Virus genome (UHGV): UHGV-0215134
Direction: 5' to 3' (one strand)
Length of the DNA: 37,333 nucleotides
Origin: a virus
Part shown: piece after piece, positions 26,869 to 34,534 of the stretch
Layout of the letters: every line of letters starts with the position of its first letter
Position numbering within the stretch: the stretch's first letter is position 1
Program-made: the position numbers and the translations under genes
The notes under the pieces: model-generated
The model's database searches: none
The model's input: only the letters and a program-made list of their open reading frames with translations
What the model was told of the DNA's origin: nothing

Positions 26869-27081
26869 TTACTCCTTTCTTAATCCCATTCGTTTTTTCC
26901 ATTCTTCAAACGGCTTACGGTAAATCTCAAATTCTGTGTCAGCCATTTCACAAGAATTTGCAAATTCGGAATATTTGCCTTGCTGAATCATGGCCTTTAC
27001 TTTTGTGGGCGATGTTTTTACGCCGCACTTCCTTAAATCACAGGTCAATTCATTCAATGTCATTGTTGGGCGTGTTTCCAT
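26869..27081 (-). CDS. Small putative DNA-binding protein
   Basis: 70 aa, RBS AAAGGAG. Confidence 0.65.
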   Translation of the reverse strand: METRPTMTLNELTCDLRKCGVKTSPTKVKAMIQQGKYSEFANSCEMADTEFEIYRKPFEEWKKRMGLRKE

Positions 27082-27098
27082 GATTTTCTCCTTTCCGA

Positions 27099-27311
27099 TT
27101 AAATAACAATCATCATTGTTTTACAAGTGTGCGTTTGCGAATACACATTTAAGTTATATTCTCTTTCAAAGTCCGGATGGAACGGATGTTTTAGCCGGTG
27201 GTTTTCGCAAGTACAAATATAATTTTTTCCTCTTCTCTGATCGATAAGAACAACTTCGCCGTTCTCCCAATCAAATCCCTCGTATGTTTCAATAAATTCT
27301 TTAAGTGTCAT
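27099..27311 (-). CDS. Hypothetical early protein
   Basis: 70 aa, RBS GAAAGGAG. Confidence 0.65.
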   Translation of the reverse strand: MTLKEFIETYEGFDWENGEVVLIDQRRGKNYICTCENHRLKHPFHPDFEREYNLNVYSQTHTCKTMMIVI

Positions 27312-27326
27312 AATTTTACTCCTTTC

Positions 27327-27536
27327 TCACGCTGATTTGGTGTTGTCTTTTTTAAACAAATACCTCATATCAAATTCGGGGAAAAGATTATCTCTCAGTG
27401 CAAAAGCTTCGTCAACGTCAAAACTGCGACTTTGAATCTTAGTTCTTAAAGTAGCTTCCGGCATATCGATTATTTTTGCGGCCGCATTAATTGATATTCC
27501 CTTTTTGTTTAATTCATCAAGTAAATTTGAGTACAT
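27327..27536 (-). CDS. Cro-like XRE HTH protein (switch 1)
   Basis: 69-aa HTH, divergent from repressor 1, first gene of the early operon. Confidence 0.85.
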   Translation of the reverse strand: MYSNLLDELNKKGISINAAAKIIDMPEATLRTKIQSRSFDVDEAFALRDNLFPEFDMRYLFKKDNTKSA

Positions 27537-27560
27537 ATTTATTCACCTCCGTATTTTTTT

Positions 27561-27753
27561 GAACGCATTTTCGTTCTGTACCTATATTATATACGAATAT
27601 GAGTACGTTGTCAAGCACAATTATCCGAATTTGCGTACTTCTACTTTATGCACAAATTTTGTATGCAATTTTGCACATATTGTACGAATATTTACAATTT
27701 TATCCGAATATTCGTACAATAGTATTGCATTTGTTTCAAGTCAATAGTATAAT
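27561..27753. promoter_or_regulatory. Switch 1: divergent promoters and operators
   Basis: Minus TTGACA(27609-14)-17-TATAAT(27586-91); plus TTGCAT(27725-30)-17-TATAAT(27748-53). 14-bp palindrome-like TACGAATATTCGTA variants near 27562, 27592, 27624, 27683, 27703. Confidence 0.75.
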
Positions 27754-27779
27754 TAAGACAATACTTTGGAGGTGAGTAA

Positions 27780-28121
27780 ATGGGATTCGGTAAATTACTT
27801 GAACAAAAAATGAAAGAAAAAAATGTGAAGCAATCAGAATTGGCGAAAGCCATAGATATACCGAAAACAACTTTAAGTAGTATTATACTTAGAGATAACA
27901 GCAAGGTAGAAATTGAAAAATTTTTAAAAATATGTGAATATTTAGAATGTGATCCAGAAGAATTCTATTCGGAATTTAAATCAACCAAAGAAAAAAACGC
28001 CTCGCCCATCATAGATGAACGAGACGCTTTAAGATTAAAATTAGAAAGCTTAAGCATAAAAGACCTTGAAGAAATTGATAAGTTTATGGATTATCTTATT
28101 TGGAAAGAGAAACAGGAGTAA
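27780..28121 (+). CDS. CI-like XRE repressor 1 (no S24 peptidase domain)
   Basis: N-terminal HTH (KQSELAKAIDIPKTTLSSI), short helical C-terminus, 113 aa, RBS GGAGGTGA. Confidence 0.88.
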   Translation: MGFGKLLEQKMKEKNVKQSELAKAIDIPKTTLSSIILRDNSKVEIEKFLKICEYLECDPEEFYSEFKSTKEKNASPIIDERDALRLKLESLSIKDLEEIDKFMDYLIWKEKQE

Positions 28122-28212
28122 GACGCTCTTTCTCTTTTTTTATTTTATTTAGCTTATCAAATTTATTCAAAATATTTTCTATAAGCATTTTTTTATACTC
28201 TTGTTCTGTCAT
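28096..28212 (-). CDS. 38-aa LexA-box-controlled protein, candidate antirepressor (MTEQEYKKMLIENILNKFDKLNKIKKEKERLTPVSLSK); not in the ORF track
   Basis: RBS AAGGAGGA, consensus promoter with two SOS boxes; overlaps the 3' end of repressor 1. Confidence 0.7.
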   Translation of the reverse strand: MTEQEYKKMLIENILNKFDKLNKIKKEKERLTPVSLSK

Positions 28213-28230
28213 TATAAATCCTCCTTAACG

Positions 28231-28281
28231 GAACATATGTTTTAATATCTATATTATAGAACAGCTGTTCTAATATGTCAA
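28231..28281 (-). promoter_or_regulatory. Sigma-A promoter with two Firmicute LexA (Cheo) boxes
   Basis: TTGACA(28276-81)-17-TATAAT(28253-58). GAACAGCTGTTC (28259-70) lies in the spacer; GAACATATGTTT (28231-42) lies downstream of the start site. Confidence 0.8.
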
Positions 28282-28450
28282 TAGGAAATTTAATTCCTGG
28301 AAATATTTTACTTTTCTAACTTGTTAATAATTTAGTCATAATTTGTCACTTATTGACAAAAAATTCGATTTTTATTGTCGATATTGCGAATTGAATTACC
28401 TCGCTATACATGTTATTATTTTTATATAATAAATAAGGAGGAGATCGTTT

Positions 28451-28813
28451 ATGTATAGTAAAGGATCACATACGATGAGACTTATAATTGGTATAATTTC
28501 AATAGTATTGTGTCTCATTATTTTAATTCAATCTTGTGCTGCGGGAATAGGAAACGCAATCGCCGACAATGGGGAAGCGGGAGGAACCGGAGGATTAATT
28601 TTAAGTATTTTCATGCTCATTTCCGGTATAATTGCTATCGCCGCAAGAAAATCCAAAGGCGGAACAATAACATCAACTGTATTTTACGCAGTCGGTGCTG
28701 TTATAGCTTTTGCAAGTGCAGGAAGCTATAAAGATTTAATTGTGTGGGGCGTTGTTTCAGCTATCTTTGCAGTTTTGCTTATAATAAGCTTGTTTATGAA
28801 GGAAAAGGTATGA
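28451..28813 (+). CDS. Four-helix membrane protein (lysogeny-region cargo)
   Basis: 120 aa, four hydrophobic segments, RBS AAGGAGGAG. Confidence 0.8.
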   Translation: MYSKGSHTMRLIIGIISIVLCLIILIQSCAAGIGNAIADNGEAGGTGGLILSIFMLISGIIAIAARKSKGGTITSTVFYAVGAVIAFASAGSYKDLIVWGVVSAIFAVLLIISLFMKEKV

Positions 28814-29043
28814 AGTGTTCTAAATGCGGAAGCGAAAATGTCACCCTTCAAATTGTCCAAACAGGGGGTAAAACACAAAATAAGGGCGGAGGCTGCTTGT
28901 GGTCAATCGGCAGATGGGCGCTTATTATTTGCACTTGCGGTTTATGGCTACTAATCGGCAAACATAAAGGTACAGGAAAAACCACATTTAAAAATGAAAC
29001 TATGGCTTTGTGTCAGCAGTGCGGAAATAAATGGACTGTATAA
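28810..29043 (+). CDS. Zinc-ribbon protein with central membrane segment
   Basis: MKCSKCGS...CQQCG.KW; ATG at 28810 coupled to the upstream stop. Confidence 0.75.
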   Translation: MKCSKCGSENVTLQIVQTGGKTQNKGGGCLWSIGRWALIICTCGLWLLIGKHKGTGKTTFKNETMALCQQCGNKWTV

Positions 29044-29052
29044 AATATCACT

Positions 29053-29080
29053 CTCCCCGACTAACATCGGGGAGTTTTTA
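29053..29080. terminator. Terminator between convergent genes
   Basis: ctccccga-N6-tcggggag-ttttt. Confidence 0.75.
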
Positions 29081-29806
29081 TAACAAAAGCTTTCTGAATC
29101 GCTCCACAGCTTTATCGTTATATCTAAACGCGTCAACTTCCTTACTGGAGTACGGAGACTTATCGCGATAGAACTCTCCGTATTCGTCGGTTTTTAATTC
29201 GTAAGCATTTGCAATCCGCCCAACCTTTTGAGCCGATACATTAAACATTTCACCGATTTCAGTGGCCGAATACATTTTCTGTTCCGACTTCGGTAAAGGT
29301 AACAACGGTTTTCCGGCAAGAACTTCCGCCGACTTAGCCACCAGAATATTTTTATACTGCTCCGAAAGAGTATTGACCGAAGCAAGCTTTAAATATTGAT
29401 TGGACATCCTAACGCGAGCATTCATTTCTTTGACTTCCAAACTCTTGGATTTATCAGTATTGGACTGCGGGACTTGATAGCTTCCTGTTTTGCGAATTGA
29501 CGGTAATACTTCACTTGTTACCCAATGTTTGAACTTTTTCGCATTTGGCATTTTGCTCGAAAGAATAAGACTGTAAAGACCGGACTCGTTGATACACACA
29601 GGATTTTGTTCTCTTCCTATGGAGTCACGAATCGTTACCCCATCCGTCTTGTCCTCTTCATCCACATGGTCGATGATAGCTTTACGTGGATTTGCATAGG
29701 CAAGAATTTCAGCAACATCCTTGCCTACAAAGTATGGCTCACCTTCAATAGCAATTGCGCGAACAGAGCCGAACTCGGTGTTCTCAAAAATTTTAATTTC
29801 ATTCAT
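29078..29806 (-). CDS. BRO-N domain antirepressor-like protein
   Basis: FEN.EFGSVR...GEPYFVGKDVAEIL.Y...INESGLYSLILSSK.P.AKKFK.WVTSEVLPSIRKTG.Y. Confidence 0.92.
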   Translation of the reverse strand: MNEIKIFENTEFGSVRAIAIEGEPYFVGKDVAEILAYANPRKAIIDHVDEEDKTDGVTIRDSIGREQNPVCINESGLYSLILSSKMPNAKKFKHWVTSEVLPSIRKTGSYQVPQSNTDKSKSLEVKEMNARVRMSNQYLKLASVNTLSEQYKNILVAKSAEVLAGKPLLPLPKSEQKMYSATEIGEMFNVSAQKVGRIANAYELKTDEYGEFYRDKSPYSSKEVDAFRYNDKAVERFRKLLL

Positions 29807-29827
29807 TTCAATTTTTCCTTTCTGCCG

Positions 29828-30031
29828 CTATGCGGACTTTGATTCTTTTTGAACTAACAAATAGTCAACGGGCACTCCAAAAATATCCGCCATTTTTAAA
29901 AGCTTATTCTGGGGGATTTTGCCTTTTATCCTCCAGTTGTAATATGATTTTCTGCTTACCCCCAGAAGACTTGCAAGCTGAGTTATTGTCAAGCCATTTC
30001 TTGCTCTTTCAGCCTCAATGTTAGGATACAT
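29828..30031 (-). CDS. Cro-like XRE HTH protein (switch 2)
   Basis: 67-aa HTH (TITQLASLLGVSRKSYYNW...FGVPVDYLL). Confidence 0.88.
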   Translation of the reverse strand: MYPNIEAERARNGLTITQLASLLGVSRKSYYNWRIKGKIPQNKLLKMADIFGVPVDYLLVQKESKSA

Positions 30032-30049
30032 AAAATCACCTCCTTGGTC

Positions 30050-30193
30050 TACTCGTTTCGGGTATATTTATAGTTTATACTCATTTCGGGCAGTTGTCAA
30101 TATGCATAATACCCAAAATGAATACTATTAATTTGTATTATTTACCCAATTAGAAAACATCCTATTGACACACTTACTCAATTTGTGTATAAT
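30050..30193. promoter_or_regulatory. Switch 2: divergent promoters and operators
   Basis: Minus TTGACA(30095-100)-17-TAAACT(30072-77); plus TTGACA(30165-70)-17-TATAAT(30188-93). 15-bp TACYCRnnnYGRGTA-like sites at 30050, 30078, 30110, 30175. Confidence 0.75.
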
Positions 30194-30219
30194 CAAATTA
30201 AGAAGGGTGGTACGAATAT

Positions 30220-30549
30220 ATGAATAGGATTAAAATGCTCAGGGAAGAAAAGCAAATGAATATGAGGGAAGTTGCTGACGCTTTAAAAATCCCTTATACA
30301 ACTTATGTTAACTATGAAAAGGAATTGAGGGAGCCTAATTCTGAAATGCTTATATCACTAGCAAACTATTTTGAGGTCTCTATTGATTATCTTATCGGTA
30401 GAAGTGATTCAAGAAAAAACAATTTACTTAGCAATGAATTAGAATCCAATTTTAATATAAAAGAAAAGAAACTCGTTGATTCTTACCGAAGCCACCCGGA
30501 AATGCAATCGGCAGTAGATAAACTGCTGGGGATAGATACTGAAGATTAA
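30220..30549 (+). CDS. XRE repressor 2 (no S24 peptidase domain)
   Basis: HTH (IPYTTYVNYEK..REP...L..LANYFEVSIDYLIG), 109 aa. Confidence 0.9.
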   Translation: MNRIKMLREEKQMNMREVADALKIPYTTYVNYEKELREPNSEMLISLANYFEVSIDYLIGRSDSRKNNLLSNELESNFNIKEKKLVDSYRSHPEMQSAVDKLLGIDTED

Positions 30550-30725
30550 TCGTTGCCTCCTTTCGATTTATTGTCGAATCATGATTACATTTTTTATTAT
30601 ACTCATGAATTTCAGGATTGCAATAGCGTTGTCGTGAAATACGCGTATACTGTCGCAGTAAAATTTGGAAGTGGGTTTCAACAGTGCTTTTTTGTGCAAT
30701 ATTAACATGTAAAGGAGCGTTAAAC

Positions 30726-31862
30726 ATGCTTTGTATAAAGTGTAAGAAAGAAATACCGGATGATTCCCTTTTTTGCAATTGGTGCGGAAAAAAACAAACA
30801 GTCGAAAAAAGGAAATCACGCCGTAGAGCAAATTCACAAGGCTCTGTATACAAAGTTTCCGGAAATCGTAGAAAACCATACGCCGCTATTTTGCCGTGTA
30901 AGTATGATAAAGAGGGAAATTCTAAGCGTACTGTTCTCGGATATTTTGAAACAAAAACGGAAGCTTTAAACGCTTTAAACGAAGCGGTAGCTGCGAACAT
31001 GTCCGATAAAATAAGAATGTCCTTAGGAGATGTTTTTGAAAGCTGGAAAAAAATTCACTATAGAGATCTGTCTAAAGACGCAATCAGTAATTATAATTCT
31101 GCATGGAAATATATTGAAGTTTATGGATTCAAAAAAATTAAGGATTTAAGAGCTCCCGACATACAAAAGTGTCTTGATGACGCGGTGGCTTCTGGAAGAT
31201 CAAGAGCTACATGTGAAAAAATACGCTCTCTATATAGCCAGTTATGCAAATATGCAATGTCACAGGACATAATATCTCAAAACTATGCGCAATTTTTAAA
31301 ATTACCTAAAGCAGATAAAAAAGAAAAAGAAACTTTTAGCGAATCGGATATAAAAATTTTACTGTCCAATGATACAGATAGGACCGCTAAAATTGTTCTG
31401 ATACTCATTTTTAGCGGATTGAGGATAGGAGAACTTTTTGACATGAAGAAAGAAAACGCATATTTAGACGATTCCCCTCCTCGTTTAATTGGCGGCAAAA
31501 AAAGCGAAGCCGGAACTAACAGAATAATACCTATTCACTCGGCAATAATTAATTATATAAAATACTTTTACAATGAATCCGGAAATTATTTAATATCAAA
31601 TAAAGTTGGAAACCGATTAAATGAAAAGAATTTTAGAGAAAGGGAATACTACCCTTTGCTTGAAAGGTTGGGAATAACTCGTAAATCGCCCCACAGCACC
31701 CGCCACACTTTTGCCACCCTACTGCAAGCTAAAGGAGCTAAACCGGAAGATTTGATAAAAGTCATAGGACATGCAGATTATGAAACCACTACAGAAAATT
31801 ATATACATCAAAACATAGATAAGCTATCGGAAATGATAGAATTATTAAAAGTGGAAAAATGA
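30726..31862 (+). CDS. int: Tyrosine integrase with N-terminal zinc ribbon
   Basis: Start MLCIKC after AAAGGAG; CxxC...CxxC; catalytic GLRIGE, K, HSTRH, GH, Y. Confidence 0.95.
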   Translation: MLCIKCKKEIPDDSLFCNWCGKKQTVEKRKSRRRANSQGSVYKVSGNRRKPYAAILPCKYDKEGNSKRTVLGYFETKTEALNALNEAVAANMSDKIRMSLGDVFESWKKIHYRDLSKDAISNYNSAWKYIEVYGFKKIKDLRAPDIQKCLDDAVASGRSRATCEKIRSLYSQLCKYAMSQDIISQNYAQFLKLPKADKKEKETFSESDIKILLSNDTDRTAKIVLILIFSGLRIGELFDMKKENAYLDDSPPRLIGGKKSEAGTNRIIPIHSAIINYIKYFYNESGNYLISNKVGNRLNEKNFREREYYPLLERLGITRKSPHSTRHTFATLLQAKGAKPEDLIKVIGHADYETTTENYIHQNIDKLSEMIELLKVEK

Positions 31863-32075
31863 TAGCAGTTTGATAGCAACCGTTTTTAAATACGGGCATA
31901 TAATCACAAACAAAACAGTGTATTTACGCTGTTGAGCCATTAATATTTTATTTGGTAAGGACGAGGTCACCAGTTCGAATCTGGTTAGCAGCTCCAGGAT
32001 AATCCCCCATTTTACGTCGTTTGCAAGCAATTGCAGGCGGTGTATTTTTATGCCTTGATTGCAATTTGATTGCAG
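31860..32075 (+). other. attP: core = 3' half of tRNA-Thr(GGT) (31952-31996) flanked by arm-type repeats
   Basis: TTGGTAAGGACGAGGTCACCAGTTCGAATCTGGTTAGCAGCTCCA (anticodon loop, T-arm, CCA). TGATAGCA x2 at 31860/31871 and TGATTGCA x2 at 32056/32067, each with 11-bp period. Confidence 0.85.
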
Positions 32076-32129
32076 TATGCAAAACCTATTTATACGTATA
32101 GCGCAAAAATTCTTAGCACAACTTACCTC

Positions 32130-32158
32130 TGGACATGATTCGACTTTTTTGCTATAAT
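32130..32158 (+). promoter_or_regulatory. Sigma-A promoter of the two-component operon
   Basis: TGGACA-17-TATAAT with extended -10 TG; RBS GAAAGGAGG follows. Confidence 0.65.
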
Positions 32159-32181
32159 TTTAAAACAAGAAAGGAGGATAT

Positions 32182-32886
32182 ATGTTAATAGCAATCTGCG
32201 ACGACGAGCAATTTTTTCTCGACTATTTTGAAAAGACGATCAAGGATTATTACTATTATGACCGTGGGATGACCTGTCAAATAATAAAGTATCTCAACGG
32301 ACACGATCTAATGACAGACATAGAAACACAAAAATATAAAATAGACGTAGCCGTATTAGACATTGAGATGCCCGGATATTCGGGGATAGAATTAGTTAAG
32401 GACATCCGAAAAATTTGTCCGGATTTACCCGTGATGTTTTTAAGCAGTAATGAGACTTGCGGTGATGTAGCCGTCGAGTATGACCTATGCGCCTACATAT
32501 ATAAAAGCGCCGGAGAAACAAAACTATACAACGCCTTTGATTTTTTATTAGAGGAAGAAAAAATAGCAAAACAGACCTATGACACGAAAAATATAAATAT
32601 ACGAATTTCTGACATCGTATACATCGAAATGAAAAACCACGAGGCTTTATTTCACACAGAATCTGGGATTTACAACGACAGAAATACTTTAAGTAATCTA
32701 CAGATAGATTCGCGTTTTGATAAGTTTGTTACTTTAAGCCGTAGCTTAATGGTAAATTATAGGTTTATTGCGGATTTAAAAGATGTTGTGTACCTGACAA
32801 CAGGAGAAACGCTTAAGTACAGCCAATCAAAAAAGGAAAACATATTAAAAAAATGTATTTACTTAAGGGGGCAAAGGTTTAGATAA
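32182..32886 (+). CDS. LytTR-family response regulator (AgrA/VirR-like)
   Basis: IAICDDE, LDIEMP..SGIEL receiver; DIVYIE...RS.MVN LytTR domain. Confidence 0.9.
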   Translation: MLIAICDDEQFFLDYFEKTIKDYYYYDRGMTCQIIKYLNGHDLMTDIETQKYKIDVAVLDIEMPGYSGIELVKDIRKICPDLPVMFLSSNETCGDVAVEYDLCAYIYKSAGETKLYNAFDFLLEEEKIAKQTYDTKNINIRISDIVYIEMKNHEALFHTESGIYNDRNTLSNLQIDSRFDKFVTLSRSLMVNYRFIADLKDVVYLTTGETLKYSQSKKENILKKCIYLRGQRFR

Positions 32887-34220
32887 TGTGGAGCTTGATA
32901 GAACACTCAGCCAGTCTGGCTGAAGCAGTTGTCATCACAGGCTTTACAACAATGGTATTGGGCTATAAAAGCCCCGGACATAAATGTTTAAAATATATAG
33001 TTTATACGCTTGTTTCTTTCATAAATATTGCTTTTTTAACAAATTATTTGCCGGCAAAAGTTTCGGAAACGCTTCCGGGAATATCACAACTTATCATAAG
33101 TATGATATTTGCAGTACTTTTTTTGAAAGGAAATCTATTTTTCAAATTTTATATAATATTTATAAATAATTATATGATATTTCTTATAAACATCCCCGTT
33201 ATGATGGCGTTTAATAGTTTTCTTGACGGTAACGGATTGCACGCTGCCGTTTACATACAAGGCGCGGTACGTATAGCTATTTTAGTTATAACAAAGCTGC
33301 TGTTTGCGCTTGCCTCATACGGCTTTTACAGATGGTATCGTAAAAATCTACGTAACGCCGACTTTAGTTTCGGCTCTGCGGAGTGGATAGCTCTGCTTTT
33401 TATATGCACAGCCTCGTTTGCAATGGGGTTATATGTTTTTCAGCAAAACGTAAGCCATTATAAGCCTTTAATCATGACGTTTGCTTCTCTTATCGCGTTA
33501 GTGATTAATGGGCTTTCTCTGTACGGGATATTTCGTTCTGCCCAAAATAAGCAGAAATCTGAGGAAATAAAATTTTACCAGTTTGAAAATAAGGCGATGA
33601 AAAAGAATCTTGACGAGTATATAAAAAGAGAAGAAGAGATACGGAGTATTAAGCATGACATTGAAAATGTTGCTGTAACAACAACCAGTCTTTTAGACCA
33701 TAAAGAGTATGATAAGATACGTGAGCATTATTCACAGTTGGTTAATAGAATACATAGCGGCCGTGTGGTATATACAGGTGTGAAAAATGCTTATATTAAC
33801 GCAATCATTCAGCAAAAATATGCTGAATGTTATGATAAAATAGATATAAAATGCCATGCAAGCGGCGATTTTAGCAAAACAGAAGGCTTTCAAAATGTTG
33901 ACATCATAGATATTTGTACTATTATCGGTAATCTCCTCGACAATGCCACAGAAGCGTATACCGACAGCTTTAAAGACTACGAGATTATAATAAAACTTGA
34001 TGTGTTTGGCGGAGCATACTCGGTTGAAATATCAAACCCCATAGAAAAATCAGTATTAGCACATAATAGTCGCCTTAAAACAAGCAAGACCGACGTCAAA
34101 AATCATGGGCTTGGTATCAAAAGCGTTAAAAGACGAGCTGAAAAGTATAACGGCAACGCTGAATTTACAGAGGAAAATAACCGTTTCGTAGCGCGAGTAT
34201 GGCTTAGACCGGAAGAGTGA
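32886..34220 (+). CDS. Membrane sensor histidine kinase, GHKL (AgrC/VirS-like)
   Basis: About six TM helices, H-box IKHDIEN, N-box GNLLDNATEA, G-box TSK....HGLGIKSV. Confidence 0.92.
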   Translation: MWSLIEHSASLAEAVVITGFTTMVLGYKSPGHKCLKYIVYTLVSFINIAFLTNYLPAKVSETLPGISQLIISMIFAVLFLKGNLFFKFYIIFINNYMIFLINIPVMMAFNSFLDGNGLHAAVYIQGAVRIAILVITKLLFALASYGFYRWYRKNLRNADFSFGSAEWIALLFICTASFAMGLYVFQQNVSHYKPLIMTFASLIALVINGLSLYGIFRSAQNKQKSEEIKFYQFENKAMKKNLDEYIKREEEIRSIKHDIENVAVTTTSLLDHKEYDKIREHYSQLVNRIHSGRVVYTGVKNAYINAIIQQKYAECYDKIDIKCHASGDFSKTEGFQNVDIIDICTIIGNLLDNATEAYTDSFKDYEIIIKLDVFGGAYSVEISNPIEKSVLAHNSRLKTSKTDVKNHGLGIKSVKRRAEKYNGNAEFTEENNRFVARVWLRPEE

Positions 34221-34300
34221 TATACGGTGAATAAATCCACATATAATACCACCTTATAAAACCTCTTGTAAAATCAAAAAAAATGTGGTATAATTAAATT

Positions 34301-34383
34301 GTTAGTTTTATATACTGCTGATACAATTTTTTTGATTGTACAAAGTGGTGATTGCTGAGTTCGTTATTGGACTCGGCTTTTTT
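34301..34383 (+). ncRNA. Candidate ~80-nt sRNA
   Basis: TTGTAA(34266-71)-17-TATAAT(34289-94) promoter; terminator gctgagttc/ggactcggc plus T6; no ORF with an RBS. Confidence 0.5.
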
Positions 34384-34534
34384 ATATGCTATTGATGCAG
34401 CTTGAATTCCGTATTTATCTAAATTTTATCAGTACGAGTGTTATTATTTTTTCATTAACTATTGATTTTTTTGTAAATTTATAGTAATATTATAATAGAT
34501 TATGTCACATTTTACCATATGAGGATTTTCAAAT

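Noticed and set aside
30452..31000. 182-aa and 103-aa minus-strand ORFs over the integrase start
   Set aside because: Overlap int and repressor 2 on the opposite strand; no credible start or motifs.
31920..31996. Complete tRNA-Thr gene
   Set aside because: Only the anticodon loop to CCA is present; upstream sequence cannot form the D-arm or acceptor 5' strand, so it is an att core.
34221..34534. AgrD-like signal peptide gene after the kinase
   Set aside because: No small ORF with an RBS or AgrD-like Cys/acidic tail found here, and no agrB in the window.
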